In this document: positions 41,241 to 55,274 of the stretch, piece after piece
Numbering within the stretch: the first letter of the stretch is position 1
How the letters are laid out: every line of letters starts with the position of its first letter
NCBI GenBank assembly: GCA_951406725.2
Contig: OX597832.1
Coordinates: 30,194,001-30,258,000, forward strand
Direction: 5' to 3'
From: Octopus vulgaris
Lineage: Eukaryota
Length of the DNA: 64,000 nucleotides
Made by a program: the position numbers and the translations under genes
Notes under the pieces: generated by a model
Seen by the model: the letters and a program-made list of their open reading frames with translations, nothing else
The model's database searches: none
Told to the model about the DNA's origin: nothing

Positions 41241-41502
41241 TCCAGCAGAGTCAGATATCAGGCAATCCCAACATATTGTTGCCAAAAATATACTTTATCA
41301 ACAAAATCAATGAAGCAGTTTGAAAAATCCAAACCGGCAAATGGCATAAAACTAAAAATCTAAATTCTATTTAATTAGAAATTTAAGATAATATTTGAAT
41401 ATAATTCATCATCAATAATGATAAACTGGAGCAAGTTGTTATTTATTTTGAAAATAATTGGTAGAAAGTAAAAAAAAAGTGAATGATACCAGCTTGCACT
41501 AT

Positions 41503-41534
<32 letters not shown>

Positions 41535-42858
41535 TTGTACGTATTGAGAATGGTGCTTTCAACACAGAATAAATAAACAATAGGTTATAGAGTCATGTAA
41601 TGAAGTCCAAACTTTAAATATTGCTGTTGTAAATCATTTGAAAGACAATATTTGAACAGGCTTCTCGCAATATTGACCAATTCTGAAAGATAATTCCACA
41701 GTTGTGCTTGTTGCTAAAGCATTACAAAAGCCAAAATCTTTAAATAAAAACAGATGCCAGTTTTTAGTCGATGCTCATCTCGACTTCAACACATTTTAAC
41801 ATTCATCATTTATCTCGGACAGAAAAAAAAAACAAACAAAAACCAGCAGAATTTTAAAGAAATTTTTGAAAATTCAAATACAAAAATGGCGAAGAAAGTA
41901 AATTTAATGTAACGATGTGTTTACCAAAAGTCTAATCAAGTTAAGTCAACAAAACGGTTTTTAATGTTAACAATCACGGAACTATTGAACCAAAAGTTCT
42001 ATAATCTTCTCAAGGATGATCCATCAAATAAATTTCTTTACTACAAATTTCAAGAATTAGCGCCACAGCTTCACATACCATTATTGAACCTTAACATGCT
42101 TCCCATGTTTAGCTTCCATGTCTTCCCTTTAGTCAAAAGCCGACAACTACTTTCTGTGAATTGGTTTTAGCCCAACATTCTATTTTAATAAAACTCTGCA
42201 CTATCCCAGCATGGCCATATTCCGTTGACCTGAACGGTGGCATGTGTAAAAAGATTTGAGCGAGGTCATTGCTAGTACCGCTTGACTGGCCCCTGTGCTG
42301 GTGGCACGTAAAAAGCACTCACTACACTCTCGGGACATCCAGCTGTAGAAACTCTGCCAGATCAAGATTGGAGCCTGGTGTAGCCATCTGGTTCGCCAGC
42401 CCTCAGTCAAAATTGTCCAACCTATGCTAGCATGGAAGGCGGACAGTAAACGATGATGATGATGAAGACCTGTCAAGACAAGTAAAATCATAATCATGGC
42501 TGATGCCAGTGCTGTCTGACTGGCACCCATGCTGGTGGTAGGTAAAAAGCAACATTCAAGTGTTGGGTCTCGTGGGGACAGTGACGGGTAACTGAGACCT
42601 TTGGCGATATACCGTGCTTGTGTAGACCTGTCAATTTAAGTGAGACCATAGTCACGGCTGATGCTGGTGTCAGGTCAATGGCACCTGTGCCATTGGCACG
42701 TAAAAAACACCCACTACACTCTCAGAGTGATTGGCATTAGAAAGGTCACCCAGCGATAGAAACCTTGCCAGATCAGATCAGAACCTGGTGCAGTTCCCTG
42801 GCTTTCCAGTTTTCAGTCAAACCATCCAACCCATGCCAGCATGAAAAACAGACGTTTA

Positions 42859-43071
42859 CCCTTTCATTACTGTATTTATTTTGAGATGCTCTGTTTTTCT
42901 CTCAATTATTTTAAATATAACAAAAGAATTTAGTAAAATAACTTAGTTATCATTAAGCTAGTGTTAGGAACATAAATTGTGACTAAGGTTTGGTGGAAGA
43001 CTTTAATTCAAAACTTATGAAAACAAGACATTTGTACTCAGCTGGTTTCAGCCAGGTTGGTAACGAAAGGG
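42859..43071. mobile_element. piggyBac-type MITE (same family as 28228-28449, opposite orientation) inserted in the TTAA of a SINE C tail
   Basis: gacgTTTA-ccctttcattac ... gtaacgaaaggg-TTAAatggtgatg. Confidence 0.82.
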
Positions 43072-43809
43072 TTAAATGGTGATGTCAGGAGACATATATG
43101 ATTATCTTTGGTTTTTGAAACATTCTACAATATTGAGTGTGTTATCGAATATTTAAATGAAAAAAAAATTGGGGAAATAGATTTTAAAACTCGATACAAA
43201 CTGTGTAAGAGGACATTACGATAGCCCTGTGCCACAAGGTGTGTAAGAGAGAACAATTGAAGCCCTGCATTACAAGATACAGGCTGAGGAAGAGGGAACC
43301 CTAAAAGCCCTGTAAATGACATTGAGTACTAGTGACAAGGCAGCAAACTGGCAGAATTGTTAGCATACCAGGTAAAATGTTTCGTGGCATTTCATCCATC
43401 TGTACATTCTGAGTTCAAATTCCACCAAGGTCAACTTTGCCTTTCATCCTTTTGGATGCTGAGCACTGGGGTCAATGTAATCAACATAGCCCCTGCCCCC
43501 GAATTTGAAACCAAATTTAGCAGCAATTGATCTTGTTGATTCTGTAGCATATCTGTTAGTCTGCTTTTATATTTTTCTGGAGAAACTTCTGCATAGATTA
43601 ATTATTTTAATAATTAGTAACAATCTAGCTTGATTTAATTACTGATCCCTCATTTCGTATTGCTATGTCATCTCCATTCAGTCCCATGATAGATAAACAG
43701 CAAATCTAATACGACTCACAGACAACAATTGAGTTTGTGCCAAGACAGTTGACAGAACAAACTTGACGTTCCTAGTGGTCATTTTAGCTTGTTTATTTTC
43801 AGTTATCCT

Positions 43810-44218
43810 CCGAACGTGACCGTAGCCAGTACCGCAATGACTGGCCTCCGTGCTGAGGGCACGTAACAAACACCATCCGAGCGTGGCCGTCCGCCTGTGT
43901 CGGTGACACATAAGAAAACACCATCCGAGCGTGGCCGTCTGCCAGCCTCGTCTGGCACCTGTGTCGGTGGCACATAAAAAACACCATCCGAGCGTGGCCG
44001 TCTGCCAGCCTCGTCTGGCACCTGTGTCGGTGGCACATAAAATCACCCACTACACTCTCGGAGTGGTTGGCGTTAGGAAGGGCATCCAGCTGTAGAAACA
44101 CTGCCAGATCTGACTGGCCTGGTGCAGCCTTCGGGCTTCCCAGACCCCAGTTGAACCGTCCAACCCATGCTAGCATGGAAAGCGGACGTTAAACGATGAT
44201 GATGATGATGATGATGAT
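43810..44218 (+). mobile_element. Young SINE-like family C copy with internal ~60-bp tandem units
   Basis: caccatccgagcgtggccgtc x3; CpGs intact; (GAT)n tail. Confidence 0.88.
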
Positions 44219-44592
44219 CCTGGGTACGTAATAGAAAACGAACGAGGTAACATCATTCAGTCCTTAGAACCATCAATCCAATATTAAAAAATTATGATTC
44301 ATCAAAAAGATACCAAACTTGCTCAAAATTATTTATACTGAACTATTTTGTCCCTGGCACAGATTCCATGGCTCCAGGTACAATATGATCAGATCTCCAC
44401 CCATTGTCAGCTGTTGCTGTTGAAATTTAATTTATAAACATATAACATTGAATTGGTTAACTTCTACAACTGAAAGGATCAAAGATCGTTGCTGTGACTT
44501 TTTGAGACAAAAATACAAAGAAATGGGTGAGATGTTCTGTAGAATGTTCTGAATATGAAGAAATGGGAACAATTGTTAGAGATTGGTAATTA

Positions 44593-44997
44593 TAGGTGCA
44601 GGAGTGGCTGTGTGGTAAGTAGCTTGCTTACAAACCACAATGTTCCAGGTTCAGTCCCACTGCATGGCACCATGGGCAAGTGTCTTCTATTATAGCCTCG
44701 GGCCAACCAAAGCCTTGTGAGTGGATTTGGCAGACAGAAACTGAAAGAAGCCTATCATATATATGCATATGTATGTGTGTGTATATGTTTGTGTGTCTGT
44801 ATTTGTCCCCCCCAGCATTGCTTGACAACCGATGCTGGTGTGTTTACATCCCTGTAACTTAGCACTTCAGCAAAAGAGACCCATAGAGTAAGTACGAAGC
44901 TTACAAAGAATAAGTCCTGGGGTCGATTTGCTCAACTAAAGGTGGTGCTCCACCATGACCACAGTCAAATGACTGAAACAAGTAAAAGAGAGTAAAG
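44593..44997 (+). mobile_element. tRNA-derived SINE family B, full length
   Basis: Head tggctgtgtggtaag..ggttcagtccc; tail aaatgactgaaacaagtaaaagag. Confidence 0.88.
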
Positions 44998-45732
44998 ACT
45001 AATGACATTAATAATCAGAGAACTAATAACTTCCTTAATAGAGGAACGACATATTTTCAGAAATGATAAAATGCTACAGGGTCATCCAAAAGCCACAAAG
45101 GGGTTATAATCCATTCACCTTCTGATTTAAATTAACGATACCTTAGCAGCATATATACAATATGTTTATAGGAAATGTGTGTATGTGAGGCATGAAAAAT
45201 CATCTCTGGTAAACTATAAATGAAAATATGTAATTAAAACAAATTTATTAAAATTTTAGACCCTTTCGTGACTTTTGGGCTGCCCTGTACATGAAGATAG
45301 CTATTACTACCACAAAACTGAGAAAAATGACTACTACTACTACTAGTCCTATAAAATTATGAAAACAGTTGCTGCTGCTGCTACTACTACTACTACAAAA
45401 CTATGGAAATCTCAGTAAAACTAAATTACAGTCACTCTCACTTTAATAAATATTATAGAAATAATATTTATTCTATAGTATTTATTAAAGTGAGAGTGAC
45501 TGTGTGTGTGTGTTTGTGTATGTGCGTGTATAAAAACGTTGATTTATTAGTTTCACACTGCAAAGACAAAACGCCTGGGGCTGCTGCTGTTTTTTGACTA
45601 TTTTTCATTAATGAAGAGAAAAAGGAAGGAAAGAAAGTAAAAAAAAAAAAAAAGGGGGGGAAAATTCTATGACCAAAACACAAGTTCATTAGTTTGTAAT
45701 CAGTTGAATATGTGTGTGTGTGTGTCTCTTTA

Positions 45733-45770
<38 letters not shown>

Positions 45771-46011
45771 GATAGATAGATAAATAATTGTGGTCTTTTT
45801 TAAAAACCATTATAGAAATTATTTACTCTTATTATTATATTATAAATAGATAGATAGATAGATACCTATCAATATATATAACATGTTGCATTCAGAAGCA
45901 GTGTATGATAGTAGAATTTTCAACTTGAGTCAAATATAACAAACTACTCCAAATTGTGGTCAGAGTACAATCTAGACTGGCCAGTTTGTACTGGCATTGA
46001 ATCGCATGAGA

Positions 46012-46243
46012 TGTAACAAAGAAGTCAAACCAAATAGTGAGATCTTGAAGTTATTTAATATGGACATTTCAGGATTGCAATAATATACAATAGGAAATAC
46101 ATCCATTATGCAAAGATTGAGATGCTTTGACTGAGGAAGGTTTACGAAATGGATGCATTTTCTATTGTATATTACGCAAAACCTGAAACGTACGTATTAA
46201 ATGATCTCAAAACATCACTATTTGGTTTGACTTTGTTGTTACA
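46012..46243. mobile_element. Old inverted-repeat (Penelope-like) remnant; arms ~46012-46107 and ~46148-46243
   Basis: agtcaaaccaaatagtga versus tcactatttggtttgact; taatatacaatag versus ctattgtatatta. Confidence 0.7.
46126..46201 (+). ncRNA. Type I hammerhead ribozyme motif with long loop II
   Basis: TTTGA-CTGAGGA-AGGTTT[35 nt]AAACCT-GAAA-CGTACG-TA-TTAAA: intact core, 6-bp stem II, palindromic helix III, stem I with one G-U pair. Confidence 0.7.
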
Positions 46244-46959
46244 ACCATATATACATACAACCATACACATATATACACATATACATACATCCGTACACAT
46301 ACATATATACACATATACATACATCCATATACATACACATATACATACATATATACACATATACATACATCCATATATACACATAACCCATGCTAGCATG
46401 GAAAGCGGACGTTAAACGATGATGATGATACATCCATATATACATATATACACATACATACATCCATATATATATATATGAGAGAGAGGGAGAACATTTC
46501 AACCAGCCATATCTGCTGCCCGTTTATTCTACCCTCCTACCCAACAATCTCCTTCTAAATAAACAATCACATCATGAAAATCTCAAAGCTATGAGATAAT
46601 GCATAATTAATTCAAAACAGAGTGAATTAATAAGCATTACATTTGATAGAGTAGTTCCGATGCTAAAGGGATGTGTGTGTATGTATACACCCCCCCCCTC
46701 AAACAAACATACGTATATGTAGTGTGTCCAAAAAGGCACCAAATCACTCTTCCATCTTCTCTGGCTGAAGAAAGGAAACGGATATAATGTAATCCCAGAT
46801 ATGTTACGATTGAACAGAAATGGGATGATCACATAAGGAACATCTCTTGGATTAGGGCAAACATGGATCTATTGAACAAGTACCACCACCTGAGCCTTTA
46901 TTATTATTATTATTATTATCCATGATATTTACCCAACTCCTGTCTACAGCCGAAAGATA

Positions 46960-47171
46960 CTCTTTACTCTCTTACTTGTTTCAGTCATTTGACTGCGGCC
47001 ATGCTGGAGCACCGCCTTTAGTCGAGCTAATCGACCCCAGGACTTATTCTTTGTGAGCCTAGTACTTATTCTATCGGTCTCTTTTGCCGAACTGCTAAGT
47101 TACGGGGACGTAAACACACCAGCATCGGTTGTCAAGCGATGTAGGGGGGACAAACACACACACACAAACAT

Positions 47172-47212
<41 letters not shown>

Positions 47213-47383
47213 TATATACAACAGGCTTCCTTCAGTTTCTGTCTACCAAATCCACTTACAAGGCTTTGGTCGGCCTGAAACTATGGTAGAAGAAACTTGC
47301 CCAAGGTGCCACGCAGGAGGACTGAACCCAGAACCATGTGGTTGGGAAGAAAGCTACTTACCACACAGCCACTCCTGCGCCTA
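46960..47383 (-). mobile_element. SINE family B, full length
   Basis: Reverse complement of 44593-44997. Confidence 0.88.
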
Positions 47384-47694
47384 TAGATGCCTAATCTTAT
47401 TTAGCAGAAAGTATCTAAATTCAAATATTCTCATCAAATATTCGTCAAGAAAAGCTTTCTAATCTCTTTGACAAGAGAAACTACTTAATCCCTTGGAATG
47501 CTTAATTAGCAACAGAAAATGTTGGATCAAACACACCCTCAATACATCACCCCTTCAAGATATACTTTATATATCGACAGTGGTAAGCTCACACACAAGA
47601 CCCCCTTTTTGATGTAGGAGCATCAACAATTTGGTGAGCAGTGATAATTAAAACAAACTGTAAACACTCTCATGTATAAATCTTCACAAAGATT

Positions 47695-48665
47695 ATGCTG
47701 GGCTAAATGCTTATTAGCATTCTGTCATTACATTCCGAGTTCAAATTCCACTGAGATCGACTTTGCCTTTCATCCTTTCAGGGTCAATAAATTAAGTACC
47801 CGTGAAACACTGGGAGTCGATGTAATCAACTAGTCCCCTTCCCTAAAATATACCTTGTGCCTATAGTAGAAAGGATTATTATTATTATTACTAGTAGTAG
47901 TAAGGTAGCAAGCTGGGAGCATCATTAGCGTACTGGGCAAAGTGTTTAGCAGCATTTCGTCCGTCTTTACATTCTGAGTTCAAATTCCACCATGGTCAAC
48001 TTTGCCTTTCATCCTTTTGGGAGTTGAAAAATGAAGTAAAAGTCAAGCACTGAAGTCAATGTAACCAACTGTCCCCTTCCTTCGAAATTCCAGACCTTGT
48101 ACCTATAGCAGGAATACTGCTATTATTCCTTTTGGCACATCATCATCATCATCGTTTTACGTCCGTTTTCTGTGCTAGCACAGGTTGGACCAATATGATA
48201 AAGTTCCATTTGAGCGCTTGGATCAATATAATTAACTTATCCACCCCAGCACCTAAAATTACTGGTTTTATGCCAAAAACCAGGAAGAATTATTATCATC
48301 TTTATTATTATTAAGGTGAGAAGTTGGCAGAATCGTTCGCACACCAGACGAAATGCTTAATGGTATTTTGTCTGCCACAACATTCTGAGTTCAAATTCCA
48401 CTGAGGTCAACTTTGCCTTTCATCCTTTCGGGGTCGATAAATTAAGTACCAGTGAAATACTGGGGTCGATATAGGCCCTGTACCTATAGTAGTAAAGATT
48501 ATTGTTATTATTATTATTATCCTTATTATTATTATTATTATTATTACTATTATTATTATTATTGTTATTATTATTATTATTATTAAGGCAGGAAGCTGGC
48601 AGAATGATTCACATGTTGGGAAAAATGCTTTGCAGTATTTTGTCTGACTTTCTGAGTTCAAATTT
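47695..48665 (+). mobile_element. Cluster of four same-orientation SINE family A copies with (ATT)n tails
   Basis: gagttcaaatt cores near 47737, 47975, 48387 and 48654. Confidence 0.8.
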
Positions 48666-49975
48666 TCAACTCATCAGCAAAAGTCATAAATGCCACAACA
48701 TCCAACCGACTCAGATATAAACACTTGTGTCTAATCAACAGAAAGTAGTTGTTTCTCGAGATAGAAACAGCCGTGTTGCTATTATTATTAAATGACAGTT
48801 TGTGTCATCACTCATGAACAATGTTAATTACACAGAAAAAGTTTAAGTAGGAAGAGAAGAAGAAAAAAAAGTGTTCTAAGGGAGATAATTACTGTCACTC
48901 TATAATTTATAGACAAATTGAGGAGAGAAAATATTTTGGCTTCCAGTTGCAAACAGCGTGGAACTGCATGAGAAATATCAGTGGGAAAGGAATGAAAGTG
49001 ACTGATTCTACACGAGTGTATGACTGGTACCACAGCAGAGAGTCAAACCAAAGAGGAAACGTTCATGTGGTCACTTGGACTGCTGAAATAGCAACCAAAT
49101 TCCTCTCAAACAACATCTGATCATCTTTAAAAATATGTCATTGGATAATGTGATCTAAATATATTGTTTAAAGATGCGAGGGTCACGGTTGGAACGACGT
49201 CACTGATTATAAGATAAATAAAAACTCCAGAGGCAAAGTCAATTCAGCCAGGGTTTAAATTTACAATGTAAAGGGAAGTAAACACGACTGGATTGGCTCA
49301 GCTACCAACCTAAATGCGTGTGTGAATGAGTGGGTGTTTGTGTGAAGGCTGGTGTGTGCGTATAGTAATGAAACATTACTGCACTAAATGTAGGTAGACT
49401 TAGGCAAACATCAGAGATGCATGAGAGAACCACTACACACACATGCATGTGTGTGTTCAAATCTGGAGATTCGCAGATGTTAGACTGAGGGTCACAACAT
49501 CACATTCTACAGAGAACTGAGTGGAAACACAGAGGAACCTCTTGGAATAAATGAATAAACTCTGCTCTTTGTAATTGAATATTTTGTAGAGAGAAAAGAG
49601 GTTGAAGGGGGTTCGTGCATTTTAACTGGACTGACCCCAGGGGGATGAAAGTTAATGAAGACGATGTAGACATAAATATATTAAATCTAAATAAAAGATG
49701 GGACAGTCACAATTGGAATGCTTTAGATTATTTGTTAGCTTGATCATGGATAGCCTAGGGCTAAACAACAACAAAACACATATACACCAAAAACAACAAC
49801 TGTGATAGAAGAGACAACAACATGAAGCTTGAGTTCTCCCAGGAAATTGTCTCAAAAGACATATTTCATTAGTAATCATAGACATCAAAGGAAAAACCAG
49901 TTTTTTCTTTTCTAATGAATGTATAGAGAAATGCAGGCGTGATAAAGATGAGATTTAGAAATAAAATTGTTTTAC

Positions 49976-50125
49976 CTTGTCAACAAATTGATTGAGAAGA
50001 TTAGTAGCAGAGAGGAGCTTTGGCGAATCTGTGCCATGTTGTTCAGCCATTCTCTGCAACCCAGTCAGGGAAAACGAGAAGAAGTCTGGAGTTTTGCTTC
50101 TTGTGTAGGTTGGATTATCTTTTAA
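49976..50125 (-). CDS. ATP6AP2: ATP6AP2 exon 6
   Basis: tcag|LKDNPTYTRSKTPDFFSFSLTGLQRMAEQHGTDSPKLLSATNLLNQFVDK|gtaaaa; 150 nt; cf. human SPDLYSLELAGL..YGEDS. Confidence 0.95.
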
Positions 50126-52594
50126 CTGAAACACAAAAGTTAAATATTAAATAATAACCGAATAATCTAGCATTTTTCTATCATACCTTTCTCTTTTCAC
50201 CCACCAACCCTTACTTTTGGCTACCTCTGCCATTGCCAAGAGACACTACCCCCAACATATCCCTGCCTTCTTCCCATCCATCGTTTCTCCCCTAAGGTCA
50301 TTGCTCCTCACCTACTAATTCTCCTCCTAGGTCACCTAAGCAAACGTATGCCCCTTTGGTTATTGAATTATCATCCAGTGTTTTAGATCTGGGTTTTGTC
50401 CCCATTAACAGGGGTGGCCGGATCTACCCCAATGCCATAGCAACGGAAGTAGACAGGTGCAGCCCAGCCTAACCTTTGGGCTAGCTGGTGCCCATTCTCC
50501 TTTGCTATCATGAGGCTTGCTCTGCCTATATCATATCCCTATTCCATCCTGTCAAATACCAATTGCTGTCATCATTCTTCCTCCTCTTTTTACACCTACA
50601 CACTTCAGGTACTGAGTACCCTTTAAATTTACGTTTCCTATTCACAAGGTGCCCCTCTACCACCCTCCAAATTACTGTTCACACCATAAGGCATTAGGAA
50701 GGACATCCAATAACCAATATACAAACACCTCATTTTTAGTAGCAGTAGCACTCAATACAGGGTGGCTCACACCATGACAAGCCACCTAACGCATGCCAGC
50801 ATGATAAACAGATGTAAAATGATGATGATGATCCAAAACTTCCTTTCCACAAAATAACATTTCTAAAGTTTAAAATGTTTAATATTGGAGTTGTTTTTTA
50901 AATTATACTCTGAGTATATTTCTCTTACATAACAACATTTTAACATCCATGTTTCCATGCTTGGATGAATCACACAGAATACGTTGAGGCAGATTTTCTA
51001 TGAATGGATGCTTCTAAGCAAGGTAATATTTCTCCATGGCTGGAAAGATTTTCCATGGAAGAATGGAAACAAACAATTACTATTTCTATGATGGAGAAGT
51101 TCACAACTACCACACAATATCAAAACATGGAGACACTAACACACACAAACTGGATTGCTTTCAGTTTACATCAAGCAGATCCACTGACAACAGGAAGACA
51201 CTTTCCCAAAAAGTCACCAGTGGGAATAAACTTGGCATCACGTTTGTGCTTGTATATAAACAAACTAGTTTTTAGGTTTCTGAGAAACATGTTCAAAAGA
51301 CAACAAATACATATTAAAGAGAGAAGTGCTACTGGTGGACACCGTTTGTAAGTCATTACTGAAAACAATGGAAAGGTCACCATTGAAAGATCAAGTAACA
51401 ATGTCTGTTAATTACATTATTACCTTTCCAATTAGATGGCAGCCAGTATTATCCAAGCAATTACTCCTCTATAACTATTATAATATACATTCCATCTTTC
51501 AGCAGTTTTCTTAATGATAGGTCAATGATCTAACTTCTGTTTAACATCATTCCCATCATCTTAACTGCCTGATATATAAAGATGGCAGGAAATGCCACAG
51601 AAAAGCCAACTTGATCCAGCAGAAATTTAGAAACGCTGATGGAAATCAGAAAGTTCCAAACCAAATGTAAAATACCAAAGAGAAAAAAAAAAAAAAAGAA
51701 ATTATTAATAAAAAAAAATAAAAATAAAATTTTAGCTCTGTTCTGATTTCAATAAAATACAATTATAGAACTGAAATAAAAAAAACTATCTAAAAATTTA
51801 ATATATAACTGTCACTTCCCTAAAACTAGAAAATAAAATTTTCATTGCATCTTGCAATCCTTTTCAATATTATCAAAAAGGTTGCAAGATGCAACAAAGA
51901 TTTTAGGAAAAATAAATAAGTAAATGAGTGGAAACTTAACTGGTGAGTGTGTTAAATAATAAGCACAAAAAGAGAATGACCCTCCCCAGCCACAACAAAA
52001 TATGCTTCAACACACGAACTCACATAAAGAATCTTACAAATCAAATCCCGAAACGAAATATAAAGTAAAAGTTATCTCAATTAATTGATAATGGAAAAAA
52101 ATTACAAATAGAATTAAAATTGTTTAAAAAAAAGTAATAAAAGAAATTAATTAAACTTTTTTTAAATAACATCACTAACTTTTGTAATTAAATATTTCCA
52201 ATTTTAACAACTGAAGTTTAAAAGATCAAATGTGGTGCAGAATGTTTTATAAATTATTTTTTCATGAGCAACAGACTCTTTAAAACATTCAAGGAGTATT
52301 TAGGGAGTATCATTATGAGTTGATACTCCCATGTAAATTATACATGAGAGTATAATTAATGTCATAAATCTAAAATGCAGATATATACAACAGGTTTTTT
52401 TTTTCCTATTGATAATTCTGGAATAAAAACAAGTTTCCACTCCTCGTTAATAAGCCATAATCTCGTTATCCTTTCATCCCTTATCATCTCACTAATCCTC
52501 TGCAATGTTTTGCTGCACTATGATACTTTCATTTTCACTGAAATCAAGAAACAGGACAGCAGTGAAAACGGAAATCAAGAAATAGGCCACCTAC

Positions 52595-52783
52595 CTTCTT
52601 CATAATGTCCATAATCATCTGAAGCTCAGCTAATAATGTTGCATCAGAACTGTGGCTTACATTCACAGTACCAATATCAAACTGACTCATCACAGAATCG
52701 GTTTCAAACAAACGGTCAAAGAGTTTTGATGGCGTAAACAACATATTCTTGAAAGCATCATGATCTGACCGCACATCCACTGT
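52595..52783 (-). CDS. ATP6AP2: ATP6AP2 exon 5
   Basis: gcag|TVDVRSDHDAFKNMLFTPSKLFDRLFETDSVMSQFDIGTVNVSHSSDATLLAELQMIMDIMKK|gtaggt; 189 nt; cf. human RLFQENSVL..DLLFLSELQVLHDI. Confidence 0.95.
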
Positions 52784-53977
52784 CTGCAAAAGAAACGGAG
52801 CAGATTCGAATTTAAAAACAGTACACTGCACACCCACTACCGTCAAGTGGTCTTTGGCCTTATCTTGCAACTCACTTGGGTGTCCTCATTAGTGCAGAGG
52901 CCACAAGAAAATGCACCCAGGACACACACTGTTGAGTGGTTGGCATTAGGAAGGGCATCCAAACACAGAAATCTTGGCCAAAGCAGACATTAGAGGCCAA
53001 CATAGCCCTCAGGTTAACAGGATGTTGTCAAACCGCCCAACCTATGCCAGCATGGAATCAACATCCTCATTCAATGCCTGTTTCCCATGCAGGCAATGGA
53101 TTGGATGGTTTGACAGGGAGGTGGAGAGTGGTAAACCTGCATCAAGTTCCGATGTAGGTTTGACGTGGTTTCTTTAGTTGGATGCCCTTCTTAATGCCAA
53201 TCACTTCTTTACGGAGTGGATGCTGGTTGCTGTTTTTATGTCACTGGCACAAGTGAGGTTGCCATGTGACTTGCAAAATGGAAAAGAACAAGGAGAAAGG
53301 AAAGGGAAAAGCTCCGACTACTAAGAGGGGTTACAAGGGAGAGGAAGGTGGAGGTGGGTGTAAAGTGTTGAAAGGGATCAGCAGGGGTGTCTTGATAGAA
53401 GAGATACATAGCTGAAGGAGATAAAAGGGAGGCAGTGAAAGGGTGCCAGAGCAAATTCTCAAGGAACAAGAAAGTGAGCATGAGAGAGGATACTTTATCA
53501 GTCCCTATGAGTCAGTGACTCTCAGATTCTGTGCTTGATTTGAGAGAGTCACGAGTGACAGAGTAAGGGAGACAAGAACACATAATTGTGAACTCAATAA
53601 GACAAGCTCACCGGCACTTTTCAGTGGTGGTGGGCTTCCAGTCCTTTCTTTCAACATTACATCCAACAATGAATAGAATGAAACAATTAAAGGGAGACGT
53701 GGAAAACAACATGCTGAAAAGTTTCCCATCTTGAAATAAAGGGTGTCAGGTCTCAATGCCGTCAGCAGAACAAACTGCATTAAAGGTATAGAAAGGTACA
53801 GAGATGATAGTAAAGCAGGTAATATATTATGAAAATAACGACCAATAACAGGAGAGGCAAGTCCTACAAATAATTACATTAAACACAATTCAAATAGACC
53901 AACTGAGATGGCAATATGCGGTAGTAGAGGACAATATTAGTTATGAAACCATCAAAAGTAGGAGGAACTCTTCTTAC

Positions 53978-54076
53978 CTGGGTGTCACTCATAAGTTGAA
54001 CTGTTAAAGGGTCCATATCAAATGAATTCTTCAGGAGAGAATCAACAACTTGATTGAAATCCACAAATGGAACATC
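53978..54076 (-). CDS. ATP6AP2: ATP6AP2 exon 4
   Basis: aaag|DVPFVDFNQVVDSLLKNSFDMDPLTVQLMSDTQ|gtaaga; 99 nt; cf. human AVPF..ETPVVLQL. Confidence 0.92.
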
Positions 54077-55133
54077 CTTTCAAAATAAAAGAAAAAAAAT
54101 TCCATTTTTTAAACGTTAACTTCACACTGACTTTTGATAAATGTTAACTGGAAAATTAATTAAACAATAACAAACAACATGAGTGAAAAGTTAAACAACA
54201 AATGACATAAAACATGATATAATGAAAATTTATCTTTGCTTCAACTCAAACATATATACAGACAACCTTTAATAGATTTAACTCATCATCATCATTTAAC
54301 GTCTGCTTTCCATGCTAGCATAGGTTGGATGGTTCGACCAGGGTCTGGGAAGCCAGGAGGCTGCACCAGGCTCCAGTCTGATCTGGCAGTGTTTCTACAG
54401 CTGGATGTCCTTCCTAATGCCAACCACTCCGTGAGTATAGTGGGTGCTTTTTACGTGCTACCGGCACAGGTGCCAGGGGAGGTTGGCAACGGCCATGGTA
54501 ATATTTAATCTCAGGTTAACTTAAAACTGAGCAGGCCTATGTTCTCATTCCAGTCATGATCTGCACAGCATTTTACGGTTAGCTAGAACTACATTGTTTA
54601 ATATGTCCTTTCCTGATTCAAGAGTGGTTTAGCTGTTATTTCATAGCAGGCCAGGCACATAGAAGTTGGTTTAAAACTATCTTTAAGCATTCTTATCATT
54701 AGCACAAAAACTTGTACAATATTTGGTGCAAAACAAAAACTGGTTAATGATTCAAGCTTAATTTGTATTAATCTCTATAATCCAACCAGAATTTAGGAAG
54801 TGGTGGTGGCCCTTGCATACAGGCTCAACCCCTGCAACCTTCGCCAGCTGAGCATCATGAATCTTGAGGACTTGTAGGTGCTGGTGCCATGTAAAAAGTA
54901 CCCATGCTGGTGCTATGTAAAAGCACCCAGTACACTCTGTAAAATGGTTGGCATTAGGAAAGGCATCCAGTTATAGAAACCGTTTCCAAAACAGACATGG
55001 AGCCTGAACAGCCCTTCAACTGGTCAGATCTGGTCAGTTCCTGTCAAACTGTCCATCCCATGCCAGCATGGAAAACAAATATTAAACGATGATGATGATG
55101 AATTTGGTATGACTAAATGAACATGTTACTTAC

Positions 55134-55274
55134 ATTCTGAACAGTGTATTTAGCAACTGCTTTTGGCATCACTGGTGACTGCTCAATTCCATCGTAGCCC
55201 AACAATGTCATCATCACATTAGCTTTTGGTTTCTTGAAAAGGGATCCTTGTAACATGCCATCCCAGTCCATCGG
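55134..55274 (-). CDS. ATP6AP2: ATP6AP2 exon 3
   Basis: tcag|PMDWDGMLQGSLFKKPKANVMMTLLGYDGIEQSPVMPKAVAKYTVQN|gtaagt; 141 nt; cf. human [21 protein letters not shown]. Confidence 0.96.

Noticed and set aside
48640-48680. CTGATGA..GAAAGTC on the minus strand
   Set aside because: Pairing overlaps the core; chance product of a SINE junction
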